Source: Halobacteriovoraceae bacterium (GTDB lineage Bacteria > Bdellovibrionota > Bacteriovoracia > Bacteriovoracales > Bacteriovoracaceae). From it: DNA of 64,000 nt. The notes beneath the pieces are model-generated. The model worked only from the letters and a program-made list of their open reading frames with translations. It did not search any database and was not told the origin of the DNA. The stretch covers positions 768,001 to 832,000 of the forward strand of contig CAVRCF010000001.1 in NCBI GenBank assembly GCA_963719505.1, in the 5' to 3' direction. Below, piece by piece: positions 51,731 to 61,123 of the stretch. The stretch's first letter is position 1; each line of letters begins with the position of its first letter. Both the position numbers and the translations under genes were made by a program.

Positions 51731-52949
51731 CTCTCAAGATAAAACTTTTAAATGGATTATGTGGGCGCTTATGTTTTTGAGTGTGGGCTTTTTATCGAGT
51801 CCAACGATTGTAAGTGTGTACCATATACTCATAGTCATCCCTATGTTTATAGCGATTAAGCGAGCGGATTCATTTCGTATTCCTAAAAGCGGATGGTTTT
51901 TAATAGCCCTCACGGTTTGGGGATTAGTTTGTAATTTTGTAAACTTAGATGAGCTTGTCAAGGTGAGAAAAAGTTTTGATGAATTAAAGTTTTATCTTCT
52001 TGGCCCTCTTTTGATTTATCCTCTTAAGTATTTCTTTGATAGGGCGACGCCTTTTCAGGTGAAAAGAATGTTAAATGCCTTGTACCTCGTTATTATTGTA
52101 GCCCTCATCGTTGGCTGCACCAAAGCTTTTTTTGGCTTCAATCTTTTAAAGATGGAATTTGGTGACTTTAAAAATCGCTCGGATGGCCTGACGAATTATA
52201 TGCGTTACGGCTATGCATCAGCTTTTCTTTTTGTTTTGGGCTCAGGTTTTGTCCTTAAGAGGAAGGAACTTCAAAAGATTTTTAATCCAAGATTCTTTTA
52301 TATCGCTCTTTCACTTTGTTTCTTTGCTGTTCTTGCAGCTAAGACTCGTGGAGCGCTTCTTGGAATTATCGTTGGATGTTCATTTTTAATGCTTAAATTT
52401 AAACCAAAGCTTGGTAAGGTCTTGGTGGGGTTTGGAGCCTTCTTTATTGCAGTCGTTATATTTATCTCCTTTACAGGAATCAAAACCAACTCGAGATTTT
52501 TTAATATCAAAGATGGCTCTAATAAAAAGAGAATGAGCCAGTTCTATACTGCTGTAAAATCAATTGGGGAAAAGCCAGTCTTTGGACTTGGAGCTTCTCA
52601 GTTTTCTTATCACGTTACAAAACTAAAGATAAAGTACGATATATGGTCGAAAGAGTATTCCGGGCATTCTCATAATATCTTTCTTGAACATGCAGCAAAT
52701 TATGGGATTCCAGGTCTTATTTTATTCTTGGGCTTCTTAGCCTTTTGGGGGATGGAGCTTTTTCAAAGAGGAGACTTTGGATGGGTTCTTTTATCTTATC
52801 TTGTGGCCTTTACCGTCTCTGGTCAGGTAGAAAATCTATTTGATAATACGAATTCACATTTATTATTTTTTATATATCCATTGAGCTTTATTAAATTTAA
52901 AGACTACTCGAAGAACTTAGATAAATTTAAAACGAGCCAAAAGATATAA
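51720..52949 (+). CDS. O-antigen ligase family (WaaL/Wzy_C)
   Basis: TRGA, KPVFGLG, HSHNIFL..GIPG; multiple TMs. Confidence 0.85.
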   Translation: MLTSSQDKTFKWIMWALMFLSVGFLSSPTIVSVYHILIVIPMFIAIKRADSFRIPKSGWFLIALTVWGLVCNFVNLDELVKVRKSFDELKFYLLGPLLIYPLKYFFDRATPFQVKRMLNALYLVIIVALIVGCTKAFFGFNLLKMEFGDFKNRSDGLTNYMRYGYASAFLFVLGSGFVLKRKELQKIFNPRFFYIALSLCFFAVLAAKTRGALLGIIVGCSFLMLKFKPKLGKVLVGFGAFFIAVVIFISFTGIKTNSRFFNIKDGSNKKRMSQFYTAVKSIGEKPVFGLGASQFSYHVTKLKIKYDIWSKEYSGHSHNIFLEHAANYGIPGLILFLGFLAFWGMELFQRGDFGWVLLSYLVAFTVSGQVENLFDNTNSHLLFFIYPLSFIKFKDYSKNLDKFKTSQKI

Positions 52950-53049
52950 TCATTTATACCTTGGTCTCAGATTAACTAACATATTTTCAATAGTTTAGCT
53001 GCATCAGCTTCATATTTTACTTGCATAAGACTCCATAAGGAGATGACTT

Positions 53050-53313
53050 ATGCCGGCAATATCAATGTTTTTTGGAATTATTATCAAAATGTATTATCGT
53101 GAACACAATCCACCTCATCTCCATGCTTACTATCAAGGATTTGAAGCAAGCTTTAGCATAGTTACAGGAGATAAAATTATAGGGAATTTTCCTATAAAAG
53201 CTGATAGAATTGTTTCCGATTGGATACAAGTGTATAAAGTCGAGTTAAGTAATAATTGGGAGTTAATGAGAGACAGTAAACCTCTTCTTCGTATCCCTGG
53301 AGCTGACCAATGA
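53050..53313 (+). CDS. DUF4160 family protein (putative toxin)
   Basis: MPAISMFFGIIIKMY.REHNPPHLHA. Confidence 0.88.
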   Translation: MPAISMFFGIIIKMYYREHNPPHLHAYYQGFEASFSIVTGDKIIGNFPIKADRIVSDWIQVYKVELSNNWELMRDSKPLLRIPGADQ

Positions 53314-53558
53314 AAAATATAATTAGAGTTGAAGCTTTTGAGTACTATCTTGAGTGTGAAATGGATAACGGAGATATTTTTAGATTTGATATGTCATTTG
53401 TTCTTAGTAGTGAAGGGGAGATGCTTCAAGCTCTAAAAGATAAATCTTTTTTTAAAAAAGTATTTATAGAAATGGGCGCGATTACTTGGCCCAACGGCTA
53501 TGATATACATGCTGACACTATTATAGCTGATGGTGAGTTAATAAAGAGTGCATCTTAA
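53310..53558 (+). CDS. DUF2442 family protein (putative antitoxin)
   Basis: LKD..FFKKV...GAITWPNGYDI; ATGA overlap with DUF4160. Confidence 0.85.
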   Translation: MKNIIRVEAFEYYLECEMDNGDIFRFDMSFVLSSEGEMLQALKDKSFFKKVFIEMGAITWPNGYDIHADTIIADGELIKSAS

Positions 53559-53584
53559 AATATTAATATAACAAAGGATTAAAC

Positions 53585-54898
53585 ATGAAAATATCAGTAA
53601 TAGGAACAGGCTATGTAGGCTTGGTCACAGGAACTTGTTTTGCCGAAATGGGAAACAAAATAACATGCATCGATATCGATGCTTCTAAAGTTGAGAGCAT
53701 GAAAGCTGGAAAGTGTCCGATCTATGAGCCGGGTCTTGAGCCAATGATGCAAAGAAACTTTGAAGAGGGACGTCTTCAATTTTCAACATCTAATGAATCA
53801 ATTAAAGATTCTGCAGCAGTATTTATGGCCGTGGGAACTCCAAGTGGAGATGATGGATCTGCCGATCTGCAATACGTTTATAAAGCTCTCGATGATCTTA
53901 TTCCTATGATCACAGATGGACTTATTGTGGTTTTAAAATCCACAGTGCCTATTGGAACTGGTGAAAACGTTAAAAAATATCTTAGTGAAAAAACTTCAAA
54001 GAAGGTCGTCGTTGTGAATAACCCTGAATTTTTAAAAGAGGGTTCCGCTGTCCAAGATTTTATGAAACCGGAAAGAGTTATCATTGGAACGGATGATGAC
54101 AAAGCTTGGAGTGTAATGGAAGAGTTATACGAGCCGTTTAACCGTCTAAGTGGAAGAACAATTCGAATGAGTAATCTTTCTGCTGAGATGACTAAATATG
54201 CGGCGAACTGCTTTCTTGCCACAAAAATATCTTTCATGAATGAGATAGCAAGGCTTTGTGATAAAACAGGTGCAGATGTGACTGAGGTTCGCCACGGAAT
54301 TTCAACGGATTCAAGAATTGGGATGCAGTTTTTATACCCGGGACCAGGATACGGTGGATCTTGTTTTCCAAAAGATGTTAAGGCCCTGGCCTATACAGCG
54401 AAACAGCACGGTATGACGCTTAAGCTGGTGGAAACAACAGAAGAAGTAAATGCTGAGCAAAAACTTTATATGTTTGAAAAAATGAAAAATCATTTTGGAG
54501 ATCTTAAAGGAAAGACCATTGCTATTTGGGGAGTTGCCTTTAAAGCGAATACTGATGATATCAGAGAGACCCCCGCAATCTATACTGTTAAGGCCCTAAA
54601 CGAAGCTGGAGCAAAGGTGAGATTCTTTGATCCTGTGGCCGATGATAACTTTGAAATTTATGCCAAAGAGAATTCTTTTGACGCGGTAAAAGTTGAAAAT
54701 AAGTATGACTGTCTCGATGGTGCAGATGCCCTTTGTGTTCTGACTGAGTGGAAAGAGTTTAGAGCTCCTGATTTTGATGAGATGAAATCAAGACTTAAAG
54801 CCCCACTGGTTTTTGATGGTCGAAACCTTTATAAGACCAGTCATATGCTGGAAGATGGATTTACTTATTATGCGGTAGGGAAGAGAATTAACAAATAA
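53585..54898 (+). CDS. ugd: UDP-glucose 6-dehydrogenase
   Basis: GTGYVG, KSTV, NPEFLKEG, GYGGSCFPKD. Confidence 0.95.
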   Translation: MKISVIGTGYVGLVTGTCFAEMGNKITCIDIDASKVESMKAGKCPIYEPGLEPMMQRNFEEGRLQFSTSNESIKDSAAVFMAVGTPSGDDGSADLQYVYKALDDLIPMITDGLIVVLKSTVPIGTGENVKKYLSEKTSKKVVVVNNPEFLKEGSAVQDFMKPERVIIGTDDDKAWSVMEELYEPFNRLSGRTIRMSNLSAEMTKYAANCFLATKISFMNEIARLCDKTGADVTEVRHGISTDSRIGMQFLYPGPGYGGSCFPKDVKALAYTAKQHGMTLKLVETTEEVNAEQKLYMFEKMKNHFGDLKGKTIAIWGVAFKANTDDIRETPAIYTVKALNEAGAKVRFFDPVADDNFEIYAKENSFDAVKVENKYDCLDGADALCVLTEWKEFRAPDFDEMKSRLKAPLVFDGRNLYKTSHMLEDGFTYYAVGKRINK

Positions 54899-54960
54899 TT
54901 CCGATTTCAGAAGACCTTTATTCCATTTGCGGGATTAAACATTCAAAATATTAATAACTT

Positions 54961-54985
54961 AGGCCAGATATACTCTGGCCTTTTT
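54961..54985 (+). terminator. Intrinsic terminator after ugd
   Basis: AGGCCAGA-TATAC-TCTGGCCT followed by TTTT. Confidence 0.65.
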
Positions 54986-54990
54986 ATTGC
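54976..54990 (+). promoter_or_regulatory. Candidate sigma54 promoter overlapping the terminator
   Basis: TGGCCTTTTTATTGC: GG-N10-GC spacing, 36 nt before ATG 55027. Confidence 0.55.
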
Positions 54991-55026
54991 TTAAACCTTT
55001 GGATACAAAACAACAAAGGGGAAACG

Positions 55027-58008
55027 ATGAAAAAGTTAATAACGACAAGTCTCATTATGCTGAGTGTATTCAGCTGTGGACAAAAGGGCGATTCAGGTCA
55101 ATCTGATTCCGTGCTTACTCAAAATCTAGAAGAGGCATCAGGCAACAAACCAAACTATTCACATCTTGATCTTTATAGTTTTAGTAATAATCTAAAAAAG
55201 CCACTTAAAGCTGATCTCAGATACATGCAGTATCAAGATCGAAAGAGTAAGGGCGTTGAGAGTCTTAATCATATCTCTCCTGAAGGAGGAATAAAAGATG
55301 TCTCGATTAGTGGTCTTAAAGTTATTATCAAAAAAGATGACCCCCAAGGCTTATATAAAAAGCTCTATCAAAGATCTGATCTTAAAAGCCTCTCAATTGA
55401 TGCCGAAACTATTGAGATTCATGATCCCATTCATCTCGCACAAACGGATATTACTCTCACAGCGAAAAAAATTATCTTCATAGGAGCGGGCTCTATTAAT
55501 ACGACACCTCTTGATTCAATAGCTCTGAGAGCACCTCAGTTTAAAGATGGTGTCGATGGCTTAGATGCAGGATCTATTTACGTGCATGCCGATGAGATTG
55601 TAGAGGATAAGAAGAGCGTGAGATTTATTGCCAATGGTGGTAAAGGTCAGGGAGCCGGACCTGGACAAGCTGGAAGAAGAGGGACCAATGCCGTTTTAAA
55701 ACACGGATACTACAAGTACACAAGTCATGTCTGTCATCCAGGAACAAATACGAATATTTGTTTTGATGAAGTAGAGCGAGGGAGTCCTTCTGGAAATGGC
55801 CAAAATGCCATTGTTGGTGGGAAGCCAGGAGAGGGAGGACAAGCCGGGAAGATATATATAAATAAGAACTTTAGTATCGCCGCAACTCAAACCGGAGGTG
55901 TGGCAGGAAACACAGATTCTTTGCGACTTGGTGGTGCTCCTGGTTCGCCGGTGACGACTTGTGCAGCAAAGTTTAAACGTAGAAGAGTGAGGTCCTATGA
56001 TTGTATAACAGCGATTGGAGGCGCTTCAGCGATGCCAATAAAGGCAAAGAGACCTTGGGCTTTTGATAAAAAAATTCAGATTAAAAGAACAAAAGCTTCT
56101 TGGATAAGTTCTGCTATTACACCTTTTCAATATAAATATATCGAGGACCTTTATAAGGCCGGTTATCTTAGTTCATCACAAAGTGAAATCTCGAGCTTAA
56201 AAAATACTATCACAAAAAATGTAACAGGAATGGAGACGAAGGCTTTGCAGCAAAAGCTTACAAAGCTATCTAATCAGATGGATATGCGACTGGATTTTTA
56301 TGGAAATAAAAAAACCTGGGTTCCAAACCTTGGCTTTGAAGTTAACTATATGCTTTTTAAAAATGAAGTAAAAAGAAATATTGAAGTTCTCTATCTGGCC
56401 AACTCTATGTCTATTGATCTTGAAAAAGAACAGATGAATATTCAAACGATTAAGGAGCTTCAAAGTGAACTCTTTGAAAATATCGATGCCGAGAAAAAAG
56501 AAATTGATAAAACAATTGATGATATCGTTGCAACCAATGAGGCGCTTGGAGAATTAAAGACGGCTGAAGAGGAATTTCACTATCAGTTAAAGGAAGTTGA
56601 AAGACAAATTAAAGCGAAGGCCAAAAGAAATATAAAAGTGCCTTTTATGGATAAAGCCGTAAAGGTTTTTGCAGCAGCTTCCAAAGTAATTCCTGTAGGA
56701 CAGCCGGCTCTTGGTGCTGTTGGGATGGGAGTTGAATTTTTCCACAATGCCACAAATGGAAGTATGAGCGCCGGTGAAATCCTTCAACAAGCTCCTTCAA
56801 TGTATGGACAATTCCAAGAACTCGACTGGAAGGCCACGACAAAAGAGATTCATGAAAAACTGGATGAACTGTCTTTATCTCATCTTGAGGGAATGGACTC
56901 TTGGGAAGAGAGAGGAAAGCATTTAAAAAAGATCGTTGATTTTTCAAGCCCAGTTTTTAAAGCTGTTGCCAGTCAGATGAGTCAGTGGAAAGAGATGGAG
57001 GGAGGATCAAAGCTTGATCGTGAAATCGCAAAAATAAAAAGCTCTCATAAAATGTACAGAAAAGTTATTGAAGCTCTAGAGAACTTAAATTTAAAGAAGA
57101 CACTTTTTAAAGACCGAGTGATCGATTTTCAAAGCTCTATGTCAGATGCTTTGACATCTATTACTGTTAATTACTCAGCACTGGCCTATTCATTTGAGGA
57201 TATTGAAACCATTAGTATTGAGAGAAAAAGAGATTATATGAGTGCACTTGATGAAGTTAAAAGCCTCGCCTCAAAATCTCTTCACTATTATGGGTATCTT
57301 CTTGAAAAGTCTTATGAGTATCGCCTGCTAAAGGACTATAAAAGTAAATTTAACCTAGATATTTTAACGGATGAGATTTTAAATTTAATTAAAACCGGAG
57401 CTGGAAATAGCGTGAATAATATTGAGTCTCTTGAAGTGATCTATAATGCTAAGCTGACTGAGATTACCAACGAACTTTTACACGTTTACAATGATAGTAG
57501 CGCCGCTCAAACCATGTCTAAAGAAGTCAGCCTCACTGTGGAGGAGATCAACTCCCTCAATAATGGTCAAGCGATCTATCTGGATACCACACAAGCAAAC
57601 TTCTTTGGAGAAGATAAAGAGAATATTAGGCTGCTTGACCTAGAGGTAGAGTCTATAAAAAGTAGTGGTACTCATGCACAAATTGAAGTTTCAATGAGTC
57701 ATAGTGGAAGATCGGTGATCGATCAAAACTCTGTAAACTTTGTCTTTGACTTTCATCATCCGAAAACAAATTCTGCTCTCAACTGGAGATCGGTCTATAA
57801 CCCTTGGGCAAATACCTATTATCACTCTGAAATAAGTGCTAATGATGAGTCCCTTCTTAGAAATCTGCTAGATTTGGACTCAGGAAATAGTCAGCTCTTT
57901 ATCAGTCCTGGAGCGAGGACCTTTATCAAAGTCGAGCTCAATAAGAGCGAACAAACAAAGATTAACTCGATGCGTATTAGGATGGATTATTCATACAGAA
58001 TTAAGTAA
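55027..58008 (+). CDS. 993-aa lipoprotein: Gly-rich region, coiled coils, hydrophobic hairpin; TcA-like C-terminal half suspected
   Basis: Lipobox VFSC; GxxG-rich segment; LDFYGNKKTWVP; VIPVGQPALGAVGMG; SYEY; terminal beta-rich domain. Confidence 0.7.
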   Translation: MKKLITTSLIMLSVFSCGQKGDSGQSDSVLTQNLEEASGNKPNYSHLDLYSFSNNLKKPLKADLRYMQYQDRKSKGVESLNHISPEGGIKDVSISGLKVIIKKDDPQGLYKKLYQRSDLKSLSIDAETIEIHDPIHLAQTDITLTAKKIIFIGAGSINTTPLDSIALRAPQFKDGVDGLDAGSIYVHADEIVEDKKSVRFIANGGKGQGAGPGQAGRRGTNAVLKHGYYKYTSHVCHPGTNTNICFDEVERGSPSGNGQNAIVGGKPGEGGQAGKIYINKNFSIAATQTGGVAGNTDSLRLGGAPGSPVTTCAAKFKRRRVRSYDCITAIGGASAMPIKAKRPWAFDKKIQIKRTKASWISSAITPFQYKYIEDLYKAGYLSSSQSEISSLKNTITKNVTGMETKALQQKLTKLSNQMDMRLDFYGNKKTWVPNLGFEVNYMLFKNEVKRNIEVLYLANSMSIDLEKEQMNIQTIKELQSELFENIDAEKKEIDKTIDDIVATNEALGELKTAEEEFHYQLKEVERQIKAKAKRNIKVPFMDKAVKVFAAASKVIPVGQPALGAVGMGVEFFHNATNGSMSAGEILQQAPSMYGQFQELDWKATTKEIHEKLDELSLSHLEGMDSWEERGKHLKKIVDFSSPVFKAVASQMSQWKEMEGGSKLDREIAKIKSSHKMYRKVIEALENLNLKKTLFKDRVIDFQSSMSDALTSITVNYSALAYSFEDIETISIERKRDYMSALDEVKSLASKSLHYYGYLLEKSYEYRLLKDYKSKFNLDILTDEILNLIKTGAGNSVNNIESLEVIYNAKLTEITNELLHVYNDSSAAQTMSKEVSLTVEEINSLNNGQAIYLDTTQANFFGEDKENIRLLDLEVESIKSSGTHAQIEVSMSHSGRSVIDQNSVNFVFDFHHPKTNSALNWRSVYNPWANTYYHSEISANDESLLRNLLDLDSGNSQLFISPGARTFIKVELNKSEQTKINSMRIRMDYSYRIK

Positions 58009-58014
58009 GGTTGG

Positions 58015-58038
58015 GTCCCACAAACGTGGGGCTTTTTT
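58015..58038 (+). terminator. Intrinsic terminator
   Basis: GTCCCAC-AAAC-GTGGGGC followed by TTTTTT. Confidence 0.75.
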
Positions 58039-58118
58039 CATTTTACCCCAGCGGTTATTAGACTTCTTTTTCTCAAATTGGTATTAATAAGGTGTCTAAA
58101 ACATAAGGATATACCGCT

Positions 58119-59522
58119 ATGCATACTGAAGTGCAAAAATCTCTTTTTCTAGAAGTTGTCACTCTTATTGAAAACTATTTTGATGAAAATAAAACGTCAA
58201 ATGTTGTGAATTACATTAAAGGCACTGAACTCAAAAAACAGCTAGACCTTAAGATCACAGATTCTGGAATCGATTCAACTGAACTCATTTCTGAAATTAA
58301 AAAATATTTAAAATACACGCCTAGAACAAGTCATCCTCAATTCGCCAATCAACTCTCTGGTGGTTATCAATTTGAGGCGATGCTTGGAGAGCTGATCTCT
58401 TTTGTTGGCAATAACACCATGGCCACTTATGAGGTCTCGCCTGTTGCTTCTTTAATTGAGGCTGAGTTAGTAAAACTTATCAATGACATTATTGGAATTA
58501 AAGACGGTGATGGCATTATGCTCACAGGTGGAAGTAATGCCAATTTAATGGCCATCCACTGTGCTCGTGAAAAAAAGTTTCCCGATGTAAAACGAAAAGG
58601 AAATCAAGGTCTTGATCTTTGTCTTTTCGTTTCTAGTGAAGCTCATTACTCCCATAAAAAAGCTATGATGGTCATGGGACTTGGCTTGGATAATCTCATT
58701 ATGGTTGAAACTGATGAGTCAGGAAAAATGCTAGCTTCAGATTTAGATAAAAAAATTGAAGCTTCAAAAGATGCTGGTAAAACGCCTTTAATTGTCTGCT
58801 CAACCGCTGGAACGACTGTTCTTGGGGCTTTTGATCCCATCGATGAAATCGATGTCGTTTGTAAAAAGCATAATCTTTGGCACCATGTGGACGGCGCATG
58901 GGGTGGGGCAGTGATGTTCTCTCCTAAATATAAAGCTCTTATGAAGGGAATTCAAAACGTTGACTCCTACACCTTTGATGCTCATAAGCTTATGGGATCA
59001 GGACTCATCACTTCATTTTTTACAACGAGACACCCCGATATTTTAAAACTTGCCAACTCCGGTGGTGGAAGTCAGTACATCTTTCATGAATACGAAAACG
59101 CGCAGTTTGATACTGGTCGAAAATCACTTCAGTGTGGACGAAAAGTTGATGCCCTTAAATTTTGGCTTCAGTGGAAATCAAAGGGGCATACGGGGTTAGC
59201 AAAATTTGTTGAAGATCAATATGAGAAACAAAATTATATGGTCAAAAAAATTGAGGAGCATCCAAGATTAAAACTTGTTGCTCACCCTGAGTATCTCAAT
59301 GTTTGTTTTCAAGTGATCCCAAAAGATGAGTCGAAAGATATTAATGAATATAATCTCGACCTCAGAAGTCGTCTGGTGAAAGAGGGAAAGATGTTAACAA
59401 ACTTTTCTCGTTTTAAAGATGGGACAATCTTTTTTCGCCATATCTTTGCCAATAATATAACGACAAATGAGCACACCGACGCTTTACTCAATCATTTACT
59501 TAACGATCTTAAAAAGGAATAG
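58119..59522 (+). CDS. Group II PLP-dependent decarboxylase (GAD/CSAD-like)
   Basis: HPQFANQL, GGSNAN, AGTTVLGAFD, HVDGAWGG, DAHK, QCGRKVD.LKFW. Confidence 0.9.
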   Translation: MHTEVQKSLFLEVVTLIENYFDENKTSNVVNYIKGTELKKQLDLKITDSGIDSTELISEIKKYLKYTPRTSHPQFANQLSGGYQFEAMLGELISFVGNNTMATYEVSPVASLIEAELVKLINDIIGIKDGDGIMLTGGSNANLMAIHCAREKKFPDVKRKGNQGLDLCLFVSSEAHYSHKKAMMVMGLGLDNLIMVETDESGKMLASDLDKKIEASKDAGKTPLIVCSTAGTTVLGAFDPIDEIDVVCKKHNLWHHVDGAWGGAVMFSPKYKALMKGIQNVDSYTFDAHKLMGSGLITSFFTTRHPDILKLANSGGGSQYIFHEYENAQFDTGRKSLQCGRKVDALKFWLQWKSKGHTGLAKFVEDQYEKQNYMVKKIEEHPRLKLVAHPEYLNVCFQVIPKDESKDINEYNLDLRSRLVKEGKMLTNFSRFKDGTIFFRHIFANNITTNEHTDALLNHLLNDLKKE

Positions 59523-59524
59523 AT

Positions 59525-61120
59525 ATGAAAATCTTTTTAGTGGCTCTAATGTGCTTTCAGGCTCACGCAAGCTTTCTTGTGAAAAGAACAATTGAAAATG
59601 GAAAGACCAAGGTCATCAGTACAAAAAAACTAGAAAGAGAGGCAAAAAAGACAAAGATCTTAAAAAATATTAGAGAGTCTATTTCAGAGAAGGAAAAGAC
59701 AAAAGATATCATTTATCAAGAGGTCATCTATCCCAATCACCTTTTACCTAAAGGGTATGAGGATTATATCAAAGAGAATAAGTCTTCTTGGCCAGATTCT
59801 GAAATAAGAGACATCGTAAAAACGGGTAATGATAATAATAGAATCACCATTACTATTTTAGGCGATGGTTACACTTTGTCTGAAAAAGAGAAGTTCTTCT
59901 CCGATGTGAAAAGAATGGTTAAAGATATGTTTCAAGAGGTGACGTTTAAATCCTACCTCAACCTTTTTAATATTTATGCGATTTTTACTCCAAGTGAGGA
60001 AAGCGGAATTTCTGATCTAACCACAAAAAGAACGGCCTTTGATCTATATAGAAGTCCTAGAGGTTCTAAGCGCGGTATCATGCCGGGCAATAGATCTGCG
60101 ATTGAAAAGGCTTTAAACCTTATTTCTGCTAATACTGATTATCCAATCATCATCGCCAATGATGACTTTTATGGAGGTCTGGGGGGAAGGTATGCCATCA
60201 CGACTAGAAGTCTAACTTCAGGCTCAATGGTTCTTCGCCATGAACTTGGACACAACTTCTCAAATGTTGGTGAAGAGTACGACGGAGGCCAAGTTTATTC
60301 CGGCGCAAATTTTTCTCGAACATCAAATGTTCCTTGGTCCCACTGGGTAGAGGGGAAACTTTCAGTTAATGATTCAAAGTTTTTGACAGGCTCTTATGTT
60401 TGGCAAGATTTAGGTGAGAAGGACTTTGAAATTGATTTTAATTTCCCAAGCGGAGAGGGCTATTCCTATGATCTACAATTAAGCTCAGTTGGTTGGGAGA
60501 GTAAAGATGACGTTTCAATTTTCTTAGATGGAACGAAATTAGAACTAGATGGAGATTTTACAATTGATAGAAGCTTCTTTCAAACAGTGATGACTCCTCT
60601 TTCAACTGGCTTTCATAAGCTGCAAATTAAAGACAATAATAGGGACGGAAATAATGTTTTGGCCTTCGCCAATGGATATGCCTATCCAAAAGAATACAAT
60701 TTCACGCCTAATCTTGTCGGTGCTTTTAATGTTTTTCGCGACGGGGGAAGTAAGGCCGGCTATAGACCTACGGATAATCAGTGTTTAATGAGAGAGATGA
60801 AAAGCAAGGTTTTTTGCTCGGTTGATCAAGAAAATATTTGGTTTAAATTTTTAGATCGTATCTCTTTAATAGATGAGTTAAATGTCTCTGGGTCTGTTCA
60901 CTCTTTAAAGCTTCTGGATATTGAGACGATTTCAATTAAGTGGTTTAAAAAAGAGGGATGGAGCACAGTCTCTGAGATTGTTGAATTAAGAGACAAGCTT
61001 GTGGTGGATCTCTCTCAATATGGCAAAGGTAAGTACGAAGTTCACGCGGAACTCACCCATCCAGAAATAAGAAAGAAAACTGATTCAACGAAAGACATTA
61101 AAGAATTTAAAATAAGGTAG
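59525..61120 (+). CDS. Secreted M64-family metallopeptidase
   Basis: Signal peptide; LGDGYT, HELGH...GEEY, YRPT..CLMR...FC. Confidence 0.85.
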   Translation: MKIFLVALMCFQAHASFLVKRTIENGKTKVISTKKLEREAKKTKILKNIRESISEKEKTKDIIYQEVIYPNHLLPKGYEDYIKENKSSWPDSEIRDIVKTGNDNNRITITILGDGYTLSEKEKFFSDVKRMVKDMFQEVTFKSYLNLFNIYAIFTPSEESGISDLTTKRTAFDLYRSPRGSKRGIMPGNRSAIEKALNLISANTDYPIIIANDDFYGGLGGRYAITTRSLTSGSMVLRHELGHNFSNVGEEYDGGQVYSGANFSRTSNVPWSHWVEGKLSVNDSKFLTGSYVWQDLGEKDFEIDFNFPSGEGYSYDLQLSSVGWESKDDVSIFLDGTKLELDGDFTIDRSFFQTVMTPLSTGFHKLQIKDNNRDGNNVLAFANGYAYPKEYNFTPNLVGAFNVFRDGGSKAGYRPTDNQCLMREMKSKVFCSVDQENIWFKFLDRISLIDELNVSGSVHSLKLLDIETISIKWFKKEGWSTVSEIVELRDKLVVDLSQYGKGKYEVHAELTHPEIRKKTDSTKDIKEFKIR

Positions 61121-61123
61121 AAA

